Below, piece after piece: positions 1-12,058 of a stretch of DNA of 64,000 nucleotides. This DNA is from Amoebidium appalachense (taxonomy: Eukaryota; Protista; Ichthyosporea). The stretch spans positions 12,485,728 to 12,549,727 of the forward strand of contig CAVNZM010000005.1 in NCBI GenBank assembly GCA_963693365.1. Reading direction: 5' to 3'. A program made the position numbers and the translations under genes. How positions within the stretch are numbered: position 1 is the first letter of the stretch; each line of letters starts with the position of its first letter. Below the pieces are notes generated by a model. That model was given only the letters and a program-made list of their open reading frames with translations, made no database searches and was not told the DNA's origin.

Positions 1-254
1 ATCTACCAGTTTACACTTGAGCCGGAGAAAGCATGGATCGGCTTTTATGTGTGCACCCGTGTGTGACTGCAACCTGTGCCTGCCAGAGTGTATGCGAGCA
101 ACTGGACACGCAGGGTTCCCTCAAACCCCTTCCCCACCCCTCCTGCCCCCTCTTCTCTTCGTCATCGTCTTCCCTCCCTCTCCGCTCGCCCCCCCCCCCC
201 CCCCCCCCCGCGTCCCCTCCCCCTCGTTCCCCATTTCTCCACTCTTTCACCCAC

Positions 255-785
255 CTGCACCAGCAGGACATAGGTCGTGCCGTCCAGCCTTGGTGGCCCA
301 TTACAACGCACACACAGTAACATGGCGGTCGGACGGCAGCCCGGGACCACCATTTCAGCTCCCTGAATCATTTTCCGCAGCTCGGCCCCACTAGTCATTT
401 GACACATCTCTGCTGCAAGGGCAACAAAAGGAAATGTGTGGGCGTCTCCCGAACTCTCTCTAGTCTTCTCAATGATAAACAGGCCAAGCCGGTCTTTGCT
501 TTCTAGATTGCTTTCCATTGGTGATGTAACGGGTGCTGGTGTGTCGTCATCTTGGACGGGAAGAGCCACATGTGTTGTTGTAACTTTGGCATGTAGCGCC
601 AGGACATGTCTAGGGGCTCGTTTGTGCTGTAGTTGGAGTAGGTGGTCATGGTGGATGTTGGGGTGGGTTGACTGAGCAACTAAAAAACATGGGCTCCTGC
701 TAGATAAGGCGTGCTCTCGGATATAAACAGGTGCGTTAGGCTCAGAACACACTGGTTTAGTGAGTTGTAGCTGCGTTCTGTGCAC
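255..785 (-). CDS. Possible exon of an unidentified gene
   Basis: Non-repetitive open frame (...MESNLESKDRLGLFIIEK...TTYVLLVQ) ending at CAG|GTGGGT at 255; no recognisable domain. Confidence 0.2.
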
Positions 786-1080
786 TCCCCTTTACCTGGC
801 ATGCATATATACACTGTTCCAACATTAAAAAAAAAAAAAAAAAAAGCGTCCCACTTGTGAATGGGTCTTATTCTGAGGTCCGGGTCATTTCCGGGTCAGA
901 GGCCACAGAGGCCCAACTCCTCTATCATTACTTTAAAAAAACGATGGGGATTATAATTGGCTGATCACGCACCATACGACTATCCAAATGATATGGAGGT
1001 AATTTGTTACGCCTGATCGCACCGATCCAACTTAATCGGCGTAATCAAATTTCTGGCGCCTCATGGTTAATCCTGATGTG

Positions 1081-1510
1081 GTCGGGGCGGCGCTATCAAG
1101 CGATCTGGGCGGTCTGTATCGGTCGGCGCGGTTTGTATCGGTCGGTGCGATCTGTGGCGATCTGTATCGGTCGGTGCGGTCTGTGGCGGCGCTATCGGTC
1201 GGTGCGGTTTGTATCGGTCGGTGCGGTCTGTATCGGTCTGTTTCGGTCGGTGCGGTCTGTATCGGTCGGTGCGGTCTGTGGCGGCGCTATCGGTCGGTGC
1301 GGTCTGTATCTGTCGGGGCGGTCTGTATCGGTCGGTGCGGTCTGTGGCGGCGCTATCGGTCGGTGCGTCGGTTGCGGCGCTATCGGTCGGTGCGGTCGGT
1401 GGCGCTATCGGGTTATCGGGTTGTCGGGTTATCGGGTTATCGGGTTATCGGGTTGTCGGGTTTTCGGGTTGTCGGGTTGTCGGGTTATCGGGTTGTCGGT
1501 TGTATCGGTT
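1081..1510 (+). repeat. Degenerate GC-rich tandem repeat grading into (TCGGGTTR)n
   Basis: Repeated GGTCGGTGCGGTCTGTATC-like units, then 8-bp TCGGGTTA/TCGGGTTG units from about 1408. Confidence 0.9.
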
Positions 1511-1876
1511 GGGGTTTTAGGGTTTATCGGTTGTATCAGGGTTCCAGGGGGGTTTTGGTTTCATCGGTTGTGTCTAGGGTTCATCGGTTGTGTCGGGTTC
1601 CAGGGTTTAGGGTTTATCGGTTGTGTCGGGTTCCAGGGTTTAGGGTTCATCGGTTGTGTCGGGTTCCAGGGTTTAGGGTTCATCGGTTGTGTCGGGTTCC
1701 AGGGTTTAGGGTTCATCGGTTGTGTCGGTTGTATCGGGTGGCTGGGTTTAGGGTTTATCGGTTGTGTCGGGTTCCAGGGTTTAGGGTTCATCGGTTGTGT
1801 CGGGTGGCAGGGTTTAGGGTTTATCGGTTGTGTCGGGTTCCAGGGTTTAGGGTTCATCGGTTGTGTCGGGTGGCAG
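1511..1876 (+). repeat. ~33-bp tandem repeat containing telomere-like GGGTTTA/GGGTTCA
   Basis: About 10 copies of GGTTGTGTCGGGTTCCAGGGTTTAGGGTTYATC. Confidence 0.9.
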
Positions 1877-1886
1877 TTCGACCTGG

Positions 1887-2071
1887 AAAACCCCCTAATC
1901 CCAAATGGTATAGTCGGTAAAACTACTATAAAAGGCAAAAACCCCCCTAATCCCAAAATCTTATAGTCGGTAAAACTACTATAAAAGGCAAAACCCCCTA
2001 ATCCCAAATCTCAGAGTTCGGTAATATTACTATAAAAGGCAAAACCCCCTAATCCCAAAACCCCCTAGCCC

Positions 2072-2072
<1 letters not shown>
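1887..2072 (+). repeat. ~60-bp tandem repeat with C-rich telomere-like core
   Basis: 3+ copies of AAAACCCCCTAATCCCAAA...TCGGTAAAACTACTATAAAAGGC. Confidence 0.85.
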
Positions 2073-2115
<43 letters not shown>

Positions 2116-2209
2116 TTAATAATAATAATAAAATAATGATAATAAAATAATGATAATAAAATAATAAAAATAATAATAATAATGATAATAAAAATAATGA
2201 TAATAAAAG

Positions 2210-2240
<31 letters not shown>

Positions 2241-2442
2241 GACGAAGAAGAAGAAGGACAAACGGCCAATCGGTTTTGTCACAGAATCGCCATATTTGGT
2301 TTCGTTATTTGTTTTACTGACCAATCGATATTGTCACATAATTGCCATATTTGGTTCGTGGGGCCATTAATAATAAGAATGTTAACAATTAGAAGAAAAA
2401 AAAAACAGAAAAAAAAACAACAACAACAACAACAACAACAAC

Positions 2443-2533
<91 letters not shown>

Positions 2534-2553
2534 TTAATATTAATAATATTAAT
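2073..2553 (+). repeat. (AAT)n/(AAC)n microsatellite interrupted by a CCAAT-containing unit
   Basis: Long AAT runs at 2073-2240 and 2442-2553; unique interval at about 2260-2390. Confidence 0.95.
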
Positions 2554-5157
2554 AAACCTCTCTAGGTCATCTGACCACTCTCCTATCCTTTTCCTACCTA
2601 AGATCTCCCTTGATCTGCTCCCCCCTCCCCCTCCCACCTTTCGCCTCCGTCTATCCCAGCTTAAGTCACAGTGGGGTAGAGTTGATGTATGTGTATGCTA
2701 TGCTACGAAACACCCTATATATATGCGCCTATTAGAATCTGCACAAGCCAGGCCAGATTCACATCTCGTACTAGATACATGCACTAACTTTATTGTTGAT
2801 GATTTGATAGATCTCGGTGATTATGCTGGCGGTGGTAGGAAGGAATATCCCGATGCTCTCTTGTTACCAAACACCACTCCCGCTAGACTAGGTGAACCCC
2901 TGTCTCAAAAGGAAAGCTTGCGCCGGCTTGCTAGTATGAATCGATTTGGCCCCCCTGCTCGTATTATTGGTGATACCACTGGAGACCCCCTCATAGACTC
3001 TGATAAGTATTTCTCGGAACTGTTTAAAGATAGGACCCCCGCTCAGAAACCTATTGTGTGGCCTGTAGACCCATCTATCCCCATAGAATCGATCCTCCCC
3101 TTTTTCAGTCCCGATGCCATATGGTCTGTGATATCTAGTTATAGCTCTAGTAAGTCTTGTGGACCTGATGGACTCCCTGCTGGGTTTCTTAAAATCCTTG
3201 TTCCCTCCTACCCACAAAAGGAAAGTGATCGTGCTATTAAACCTGATCTTACTATCATGTTAAGCTCTCTCTTTTCTTGGTGTGTTAAATGTGGACATGT
3301 CCCGTCATCTTGGTTAGATACCTTAGTGATCCCCATAGTTAAGAAGGACTCTGAGGGCCCCATATCATCCTTTCGCCCCATTACACTAACCCAGGTTGTT
3401 CGTAGATTCTTTGAAGCTTGCTTACTTAGGTTATTTGCACATCACCCTAGGTTTCAATCTATTCTTCACATACACCCATGCCAATCCGCTTTTCGTAAAA
3501 ACAATTCATGTTATGTTCAAATAATGGCACTGCACGATTCTATGCAAGTTGGTGCACAATATGTTGGCTTTATTGATTGGAAAACTGCTTACGATTCTGT
3601 CTCCCCTGGTCTCCTATGGGAAAAGCTTGCTGCACGGGGTGTACCACACTGCATTGGTGTTCTGTTAGAAGCACTCTTGTCTCAAACCTATGGTAGAGCT
3701 GTGGTTAATGGGCATCTTTCATATGGTTTTGCTCGTACTAGAGGTCTCTTGCAGGGTTCATTGCTTAGCCCCTTTTTGTTTAACCTATTTATAGATGATT
3801 TGGCTGTCAAGATTTACGCCGAAAACGATGACCCTATTAATAACTTTCCGCCTGCACTTCTCTATGCTGATGATCTGTCCCTCCATCAGATGTCCTTGCC
3901 CGTACCCCTAGACGCCTGCAAAGATTGTTCGATGTAGTGTCAGAGTGGTGCAAGGCAAACCTTATGATCCTTAACATAGACAAATGTGGTGTTCTTGTAC
4001 CTGATATAGCTAACAATTTACACACATTTACATTATCATCTAAACCTGTACCTATAGTTCCAGAATACAAATATCTTGGTGTTCCGGTTGATTCTGTTGG
4101 TGTTATGTTTCCCCATATGGTCGAAAAGAGGGTAGAGTTGGCTCGTAAGCGGTTAGCTTTCTTCTCGGCTAATATTTTTAAAGACACACCCCTCCATCCT
4201 TCTATTAGACTTACATTTATTCGCACTTTTGTCTTCCCGGCATGTGAATATGGTTTACCCCTTCTCGCCGCTTGGATCAAGAAAGAGAGAACTAGAGCGC
4301 TTAAACCCTTGGCAAATTTCCTTGAAGCAGAAGTTGCCTCCTTTCTATCTAACAACTGTTGTAAACCTGGGCCTGTAACGCTCTCGATATATGGTCTGGT
4401 CCCAATAGCTGCTAGAGTATCCTATCTCGCGCTGAAATTCAATAAGCACATAAGCCGCTTAAAGAAGTATTTGCCCTCCCACCCTCTCTTCTCTATCCGA
4501 CCTGTCCCCTCCTCACCTCTCCCCTCTTTCCTCCCCTCTCTCTCCCCTTCTCCCCTGGGCACAAATACAAATAAACCCCGCAATAGTGTGTGTGTGACTT
4601 TGGACTGCCACTTACTTATTAAACATGTACACAATCACAAGATAATCACGCAATATAACAAATGGAAAAAGATACCACACGACACTAGACCCGATGAAAG
4701 CATACACCTTGAAAAACTAAGCCTTATGTCTCGTTTTATATATACTGACCGCCTCAACCATATTGCCAAATATGGCACTCGCAAGTGTATAACACCTAAA
4801 TACATATTACCTTCCTGTAGAACTGGTCTTTCTCTAGCTGATGGTATTATTGATCAATTACCACGCTTTTACTGTACACGTGCTATACAGTGGAGATCTA
4901 ATAAGTATAAGGTGGCATCATTTGCATGCCCAAACAACACACACACACACCAGTTTAACCAGTCATGTATCGCCAAATGTAGTTTGATAGACCACATAAT
5001 ACCGCAACACACACACGTCACATTCACAACAGACACCCAGAAAGATAGCCTACCTGTAAATTACAACATCCTTGATTTTATACTAAACACGCGTAACTAC
5101 GACCTGTTTATTAGATGTATTGATTGGCTTGAGAAACACATCACTACAAAATTATAG
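2552..5157 (+). pseudogene. LINE polyprotein remnant: APE C-terminus + reverse transcriptase + Cys/His tail, one frameshift near 3880-3925
   Basis: Frame is open from 2552 with SDHSPI (APE terminal SDHxP motif). RT motifs KSCGPDG, IPIVKK, FRPITL, QSAFR, FIDWKTAYDSV, GLLQGSLLSPFLF, LYADD; the -1 frame continues LQRLFD..EW..NLMILNIDKC..YKYLGV; C-terminal QWR..C..H..C..C. Confidence 0.9.
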
Positions 5158-5161
5158 CGCA

Positions 5162-5226
<65 letters not shown>

Positions 5227-5258
5227 CCAGCTGATACCGAGTGTCCCGAGGGGAGCCC

Positions 5259-5310
<52 letters not shown>

Positions 5311-5505
5311 GGGGAACCCCAACTAATTGATTTCTCCTTGTAGTCTTTATGGTGTCTCGTAGAGAAAGTAAACCCTGATATATAGTCACCACCCGACATC
5401 TATGTACGTGATCATGATATACCGCTGAGGGGATATTCCGAGCAAAACCCCCCCCCCATACCTGAGACTGGTTCTCTTTGCCTCGAGTAAACAGCGTAAA
5501 CCCCT
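2552..5505 (+). mobile_element. 5'-truncated non-LTR retrotransposon (APE-type LINE)
   Basis: RT-encoding frames, 3' (CA)n, an A-run at 5262-5309 and a ~200-bp tail; begins abruptly at the end of an (AAT)n tract. Confidence 0.85.
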
Positions 5506-5953
5506 AGTATTAATACTATCAATAACAACAACAACAGACCTTATTATTATTATTATATTTCATATTGACCAATCAGTACTGCTACAGAATTGCCATATTT
5601 GGTTCGTGCTTGGTTAATTGGGCCAGTCGTTATTGTTCCAGAATCGCCGGTTGCGTATGCGACCGGCGGCGACACGCATGTAGCGTCCGCAACGGGCGGC
5701 CCGCATGTGGCGTGTGCGACGGGCGCCACACGTTGCGCATGCAGCGGCGCCACACACAATCAATCGGGAGTCCAGACTCCCTATATATTAACAAACTTTA
5801 TCAGCAAACTTCCCCGTGGTATTGCCAATATTGTGAGGCTATTATCTATTGCCAATATCGTAAAAACACCAGATTAATACTGAAGTAATATCAATTATCC
5901 ATTGCCAATGTATTGCCAATGTATTGCGAGTAGAGATTTTCTGTGGTAGAGAC

Positions 5954-6186
5954 TAAGCCTATGTAAAAAAATCCCGCATCTCCACAGGATATTTAGGGGT
6001 CCTCGGGATATGGGATATATCCGGATATTTAGGCAGTTTTGGGATAGTTCCAAATGATATTTAGGGAGGGGCGGGATTTCCAATCTATCCACAGGGGGTG
6101 GATATATCCCGGTCGAGCGCTCAGGATAGATCTAGGTATCCCGTGGGTTTAGGGATATATTAAATATGTTTGTGGCCAGGGATATC
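5954..6186 (-). mobile_element. Solo end of the hAT-like element found at 60853-61968
   Basis: Near-identical reverse complement of about 61735-61968, starting at TIR TAAGCCTATGTAAA. Confidence 0.85.
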
Positions 6187-6369
6187 TATTTCTCGTATGT
6201 TACCAGTACGTAAGCAAGTATTTTATTCATTCACAATACATTGTTAGGTATGTGTAGTATATTATGGTGTTATTATTTTTTGGTTTACAATATGGTGTCC
6301 ACGTTCCCAATATATCGTGATTTGTTTGTCGACCAACTACTATGGTAGTATAATGCTATGATGACAATT

Positions 6370-7520
6370 TGTGCATGCGTTACTTATAAGCATCGGGTTT
6401 TTTCACTAACTACCCACAGAGTAGCTTCTAGCACGATAAATTCACCTCAAATTATAAGGGGGGATGGTGAATGTGCCCTTGGAGTACGAGGGCCACACGA
6501 AAAAAACACAAGGTTGTAGCTCGTATAGAACCCCCCTTGTAGCATAGTATATGTACATGTGTTACTTACACATTATTGGTTTTTTCAATAACTACCCACA
6601 GAACAGCCTCTCGCACGAGACATTTACCACAAAGTTTATGGGGGGGATGGTGAATGTGCCCCTGGAGTACGAGGGCCACACGAAAAAAACACAACGTTGT
6701 AGCTCGAATAGAACCCCCCTTGTAGCATAGTATATGTACATGTGTTACTTACACATTATTGGTTTTTTCAATACCTACCCACAGAACAGCTTCTAGCACG
6801 AGACATTTACCACAAAGTTTATGGGGGGGATAGTGAATGTGCCCCTGGAGTACGAGGGTCACACGAAAAAAACACAACGTTGTAGCTCGAATAGAACCCC
6901 CCTTGTAGCATAATATATGTACATGTGTTACTTACACATTATTGGTTTTTTCAATAACTACCCACAGAACAGCTTCTAGCACGAGAAATTTACCACAAAG
7001 TTTATGGGGGGGATGGTGAATGTGCCCCTGGAGTACGAGGGGCACACGAAAAAACCACAACGTTGTAGCTCGTATCGAACCCCCCTTGTAGCATAGTAAA
7101 TGTACATGTGTTACCTAGACATTCTTGGTTTTTTCAATAACTACCCACAGAACAGCTTCTAGCACGAGACATTTACCACACAGTTTATGGGGGGGATGGT
7201 GAATGTGCCCCTGGAGTACGAGGGTCACACGAAAAAAACACAACGTTGTAGCTCGTATAGAACCCCCCTTGTAGCATAGTATATGTACATGTGTTACTTA
7301 CACATTATTGGTTTTTTCAATACCTACCCACAGAACAGCTTCTAGCACGAGACATTTACCACAAAGTTTATGGGGGGGATAGTGAATGTGCCTCTGGAGT
7401 ACGAGGGTCACACGAAAAAAACACATCATTGTAGCCCGGATTGAAACCCCCCTTGTACCATATATATCATATATCATGCGGCATGTGTTAGTTTCGCGTT
7501 ATTGGTTTCCTAGCACGAGA
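6370..7520. repeat. 183-bp tandem satellite, about 6 copies
   Basis: GGTTTTTTCAATA.CTACCCACAGAAC anchor at 6578, 6761, 6944, 7127 and 7310 (period 183), with degenerate end copies. Confidence 0.95.
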
Positions 7521-7874
7521 TATTCAGCACACAGTTGGGGTTGTGGGGGCAGTGTACACCTACAATATCAGGGGTACCGCGCGGCAAAACACCCCCCCCC
7601 CCCGGGGGGGGGGGGGGGGGAGGGGGTCACGCGTGCGATGGTGCACTTATTATTACGTTAACTAGGCAGGGTATAGCATCAACGTTATTATATGTGCTGC
7701 TGAGTTTCTTTGGTTGTACACCCGTCACCAGTCAATTTATTGGTGTTGGCGCCCACCTGTGACACCACCTCGGAAGACTGGGGTCACATGTGTGGTGCAC
7801 ACGGTGGGTAAATATCATCAAACTGTAGCTGCAAAAGAATGTGCAATTATGCATCACTGTCTGGTATTTGCCTA

Positions 7875-7938
<64 letters not shown>

Positions 7939-8129
7939 ACCCCAGGCCGCCTCTCCACACCACACACACACACACCACACACACACACTGCTGCAGAGCT
8001 ACATGGATGCCATCACCATCACGCGTGATGATATTTAATTAGTATTGGTGATATTGTACCAATACGTAACGTATATTGGTAATAGATAGTACATAGAATA
8101 TATATATCACACGAATATAAATAATACGA

Positions 8130-8340
8130 GAGCCATATGGGGACCCCTTCCTGAATCGCACGCACGCGTGTATACGTCGCGTTGAAGATGTACTCCATCA
8201 ACCAACTATCAACATAACAACGAGTACACAGGCCTGCCCGGGTGTACATACACGTCTGCCAGGTGTTCACATCTTCCCCCACACATGACCTTTCTACGTA
8301 AAGCGGGGATAGGCCTCGAGTAAACAGCGTTAACGTTATA
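8130..8340 (+). other. Diverged homologue of the LINE 3'-terminal segment
   Basis: GCCTCGAGTAAACAGCGT is identical at 5480-5497 and 8313-8330, with co-linear GGGGA(A)CCCC, CAACTA and CCCCCAYACMTGA blocks. Confidence 0.5.
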
Positions 8341-8552
8341 ACTTAAGCTCCATCGGAACGTATGGTAACGGTGTCCGAAATATGTCCACCATATCGCCAA
8401 CCTCACCGATCCGCCGAGAATCGATCCAATCACATTATGTACACCATGGGAATCCGCTTCTGATAGCAAATAGTGATTGGCTAAACCCAATCCGGTTTGC
8501 AATTTTTTGTCCGTTTAAGCCTGTACGCACGTTGTTTGCTCCATTTCTCTTC

Positions 8553-8680
8553 CCCCTTCCCGCAGGTCCGCAGGTCCTTTCCCGCAGGTCGCTTGGTCGC
8601 AGGTCCCTTCCCGCAGGTCGCCTGGTCGCAGTTCCCTTCCCGCAGGTCGCCTGGTCACAGGTCCCATCCGCAGGTCGCGC
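8553..8680. repeat. 29-bp minisatellite
   Basis: About 4 copies of CCCTTCCCGCAGGTCGCCTGGTCGCAGGT. Confidence 0.85.
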
Positions 8681-9493
8681 AGCCACCGTGCTGAATGGTT
8701 TCGACCATGCTGCATGCTGCCGCTTCTTCGCCTAACGGCTGAAAGGCCGTTTGAAGGTTAGTTTTGTGTTGCCTGCTTTTGTGCATGTGGCGTTTGTCTG
8801 TCTGGTCTGTGTCCGTGCCTGTGATTGTGTCTGTGTCTGTGTCTGTGTCTGTGTGCGTGTGTGTGTATGTGTGTGTGCGTGCGTGTGCGTGTGCCTGCTG
8901 GCTGCAGATGCACGTTGCCTTTTCACGTTCATGAACCAGCGACTGTGGGCACTACTTTTGCTGTTAGCACTATAGCTATCATCCCCTCCACCAGTCGTTC
9001 AAGCTATTTTCTGCTTCTCTAGACTTCATAAGTTCTGGTCCGGGTTTCCGTCCTTACTATGTTTGAGGTTTGTTCTGTCGACTCTTTTTTTGCCACTCTA
9101 GAGGTGGGTACCGGCTCTTTGTCCTATGGCTGCTGTTGTTTCCGTTTTTCGTTTCTGTGGACATTGCCCCAGCCCAGCCTGTTGTGCTTGTGTGGTAGTT
9201 TTCTTTTTCTTTTTTCTTCTTTTTTCTTCTTTTTTTGTCATGATTCTTGGTATTTTTTGTTTGCATAAGAGTAATGTTGATACGAGATGCGAGATAAAGT
9301 AGATACTATTAGTAGAGAATGGATGCCACCTGGGGTGATATGTTAGTTGTGTTGTTAACTTGTGTGCTGTAGGATGCCACCTGGGGTGGTATATTAGTTG
9401 TGTTGTTTACTTGTGTGCTTGATGCCACAAGTACTTAGTAAAAAGAAAAAGAGATCATGGCATCTTCGTGTCTGTCTGCAGAACTGGAGGGAG

Positions 9494-9529
<36 letters not shown>

Positions 9530-9747
9530 GGGGGAGGGTATACAAATTGATAACAATATGGTACGGTATGGTTAACATAAAAGTAAAATGTATATACCGA
9601 ATACCACCCATTTGTTACCAAACGGGCATGTCAACGTATAAAAATGGTATCGTAATGTCGTTTTAATGTTATCCGTAATGTATAAATGGTAAACATGTGT
9701 CGTTCTCGTGGTATACCTGGGTTCACCTGTGGGAAAAGGGGGTGGGG

Positions 9748-9810
<63 letters not shown>

Positions 9811-10413
9811 GGGCCACCAGGTGTGGTCCTCCTCAATATAATGTGGTATATCCAACCGAAGTTAATAAAGTGACCATACGGAACACGTATGGATGTCGAC
9901 ATCTGCAATACATTGGCAATACATTGACAATGATCATGGGGCTGTGCTTACCGTACCGTGTGCATATTGCCAATATATTGAGCATGTGATTGAGGTATCA
10001 ATAAAGTTATTATTAATACATTGGCAATGTTCGTCATACGTATTATTCTTAGATATAAGACGTTACTCCGATATGCCTTTCATATTATAAGCGCACTTGT
10101 TTTATACTGTACTTTGCATGCATTCGTTCCCATTATCAATTTATTGGCAATGTATTGGGATAATATAGTGTGATATTTATAATATATATGTAATGCATTA
10201 TCATACTTATATCTTTATGGTGGTGGTATCATTCGTATGTTGGCAATATATGCTTGATATGGAACATACTTACATATTCCTTATTTGTAATGTGTTGGGA
10301 GTGTATTAATCATACCTCTGTTTATGTTATCAATATACTCACGATATATAAGCAACCTATCGGCGATACCGCATTTATATATTGATTATAGTTGGATCAT
10401 ATGTTGGCAATAT

Positions 10414-11359
10414 CCCATTCCGAAACGAGCAAATCAATATGGGCTTTTTCCTCATTCCCATTTTCGCATTTTTCCTTTTCTCCATAAACTTTAGTGAGAT
10501 ATGCCGAATATTCTGCTGATAAATTCTAAAATTTTCACATTTTTGAAATATCATTCAACGGATAAACGATTTTTGAAAACCCATAAAATGCATTTCAAAA
10601 TATCAGGATATATCGATTTTATCGATTTACTCGTATTTTCAGGATATTTCGACGGTTCGGTTCTATTTGCGCTATTTTGGAATTTTTGCAATATCGCCAA
10701 TTTATCCTTTTTCCCATTTTATGGCTTTTTTCGACGTCTGCCATATGCGTGTAAGCATATGTTATTTTTGTTGGTTTTACGTGACCGTCGACGGCGAGCT
10801 GACCGTTGACCGTTGGGTTGCAATTGGGCGCTGGTTAAACAGTTAACGTTGGGTTGCAATAGGCGACTGCACTAGTCATGTTCAAAGAATGGTGGCTAGT
10901 TAGTCGCGACTGCACCTTGTAATTCTTGGCTCACGGGCCTACTGCTGGCTTGTCTCTCTTTCACGGTACGAATAGCCGTTCCTGTTATTACGAAGTCCCT
11001 GGTCTTATCAAGTTGTTGACGCTGCTGCAAGAGTTAAACTTGTAACCGGCATGGCGCTACCAAAAGCATTGGAACTTTGTACCAATCGAGAAGAGCTCAA
11101 AGCTCTGGTTGATGGAGGCTTTACTGACAAAGGCGAGGTTAGTTGCAACCACAGTAACCCATCCTCCCCTCCGTATACAGACGTACGTATACAGACACAC
11201 ACATACACATGCACAGCACAGAAAGAGTGAGAGGAGTGGAGGGAGGGAGGGAGGGAGGGAGGGAGGTATGGGGGGAGGGAGGGAGGGAGGTCGGGTGGGA
11301 GGGAGGGAGGTAGGGAGGGAGGGAGGAAGCCAAAGCGGAAGCAGAGGAAGGGAGGGAGG

Positions 11360-11395
<36 letters not shown>

Positions 11396-11688
11396 AGCAT
11401 GCGTGCTTTGTGGTAGCTGTTCAAACTTGCAGTCACCGGGACAACAAGCACAACAGTTGCACTTTGCTCTGTACCTTTGTCCATAAATAAAAGAGAGCAT
11501 GTACCTTTTATTCGATCACAACCTTCACGTCCTGACGAACCTACAAGCATTGTGTGTGGTGTGGTCGTGTGCACATGTAGCATGAATAACCTTACACACC
11601 GCCCTCATTTTGAGCACGCACACACGTGTGTGTGTGTGTGTGTGGGTGTGTGGGTGGGTGTGTGTACACGTGTGTGTGTGTGTGTGTG

Positions 11689-11720
<32 letters not shown>

Positions 11721-12022
11721 CGGTGTGTGTGTGTGCGTGCGCGCATGCTTGTGTGTGTGTGGTGCACGCGAAGGTCACTAATTATGTGTGAGGGGGAAAA
11801 GGGGGGGGGGGGGGGGGGGGGGGGAGGATCGTCGATAACGAGAAGTCCAAGACTGAGGGCTGGGCACGGGGAGAAATAAACAATAAGGAGGTCCAGATGG
11901 AAACAAGATAGGAATAAAGGAGGAACAGCACAAAGAATGGGGCGACGACCTTTTGTGCATGTAAGTGTTGTGTGTGTGTGTGTGTGTGTGTGTTTGGTAG
12001 TGGTGGTGGTGGTGGTGGTGGT

Positions 12023-12058
<36 letters not shown>

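Noticed and set aside
1004-2007. 320-aa, 285-aa and 148-aa repetitive ORFs (GFIGCVGFQGL / PWNPTQPMNPK)
   Set aside because: Translations of tandem repeats that are open in several frames on both strands.
2723-5157. Two-ORF or endonuclease-less RT system (retron, group II intron, telomerase-like)
   Set aside because: The two ORFs are one RT split by a frameshift, and an upstream SDHxP motif indicates a truncated APE-type LINE.
6370-7520. 61-codon protein repeat or RNA gene array
   Set aside because: Stops in the frame translated, no spanning ORF in the track, and no tRNA, 5S or snRNA signature recognised.
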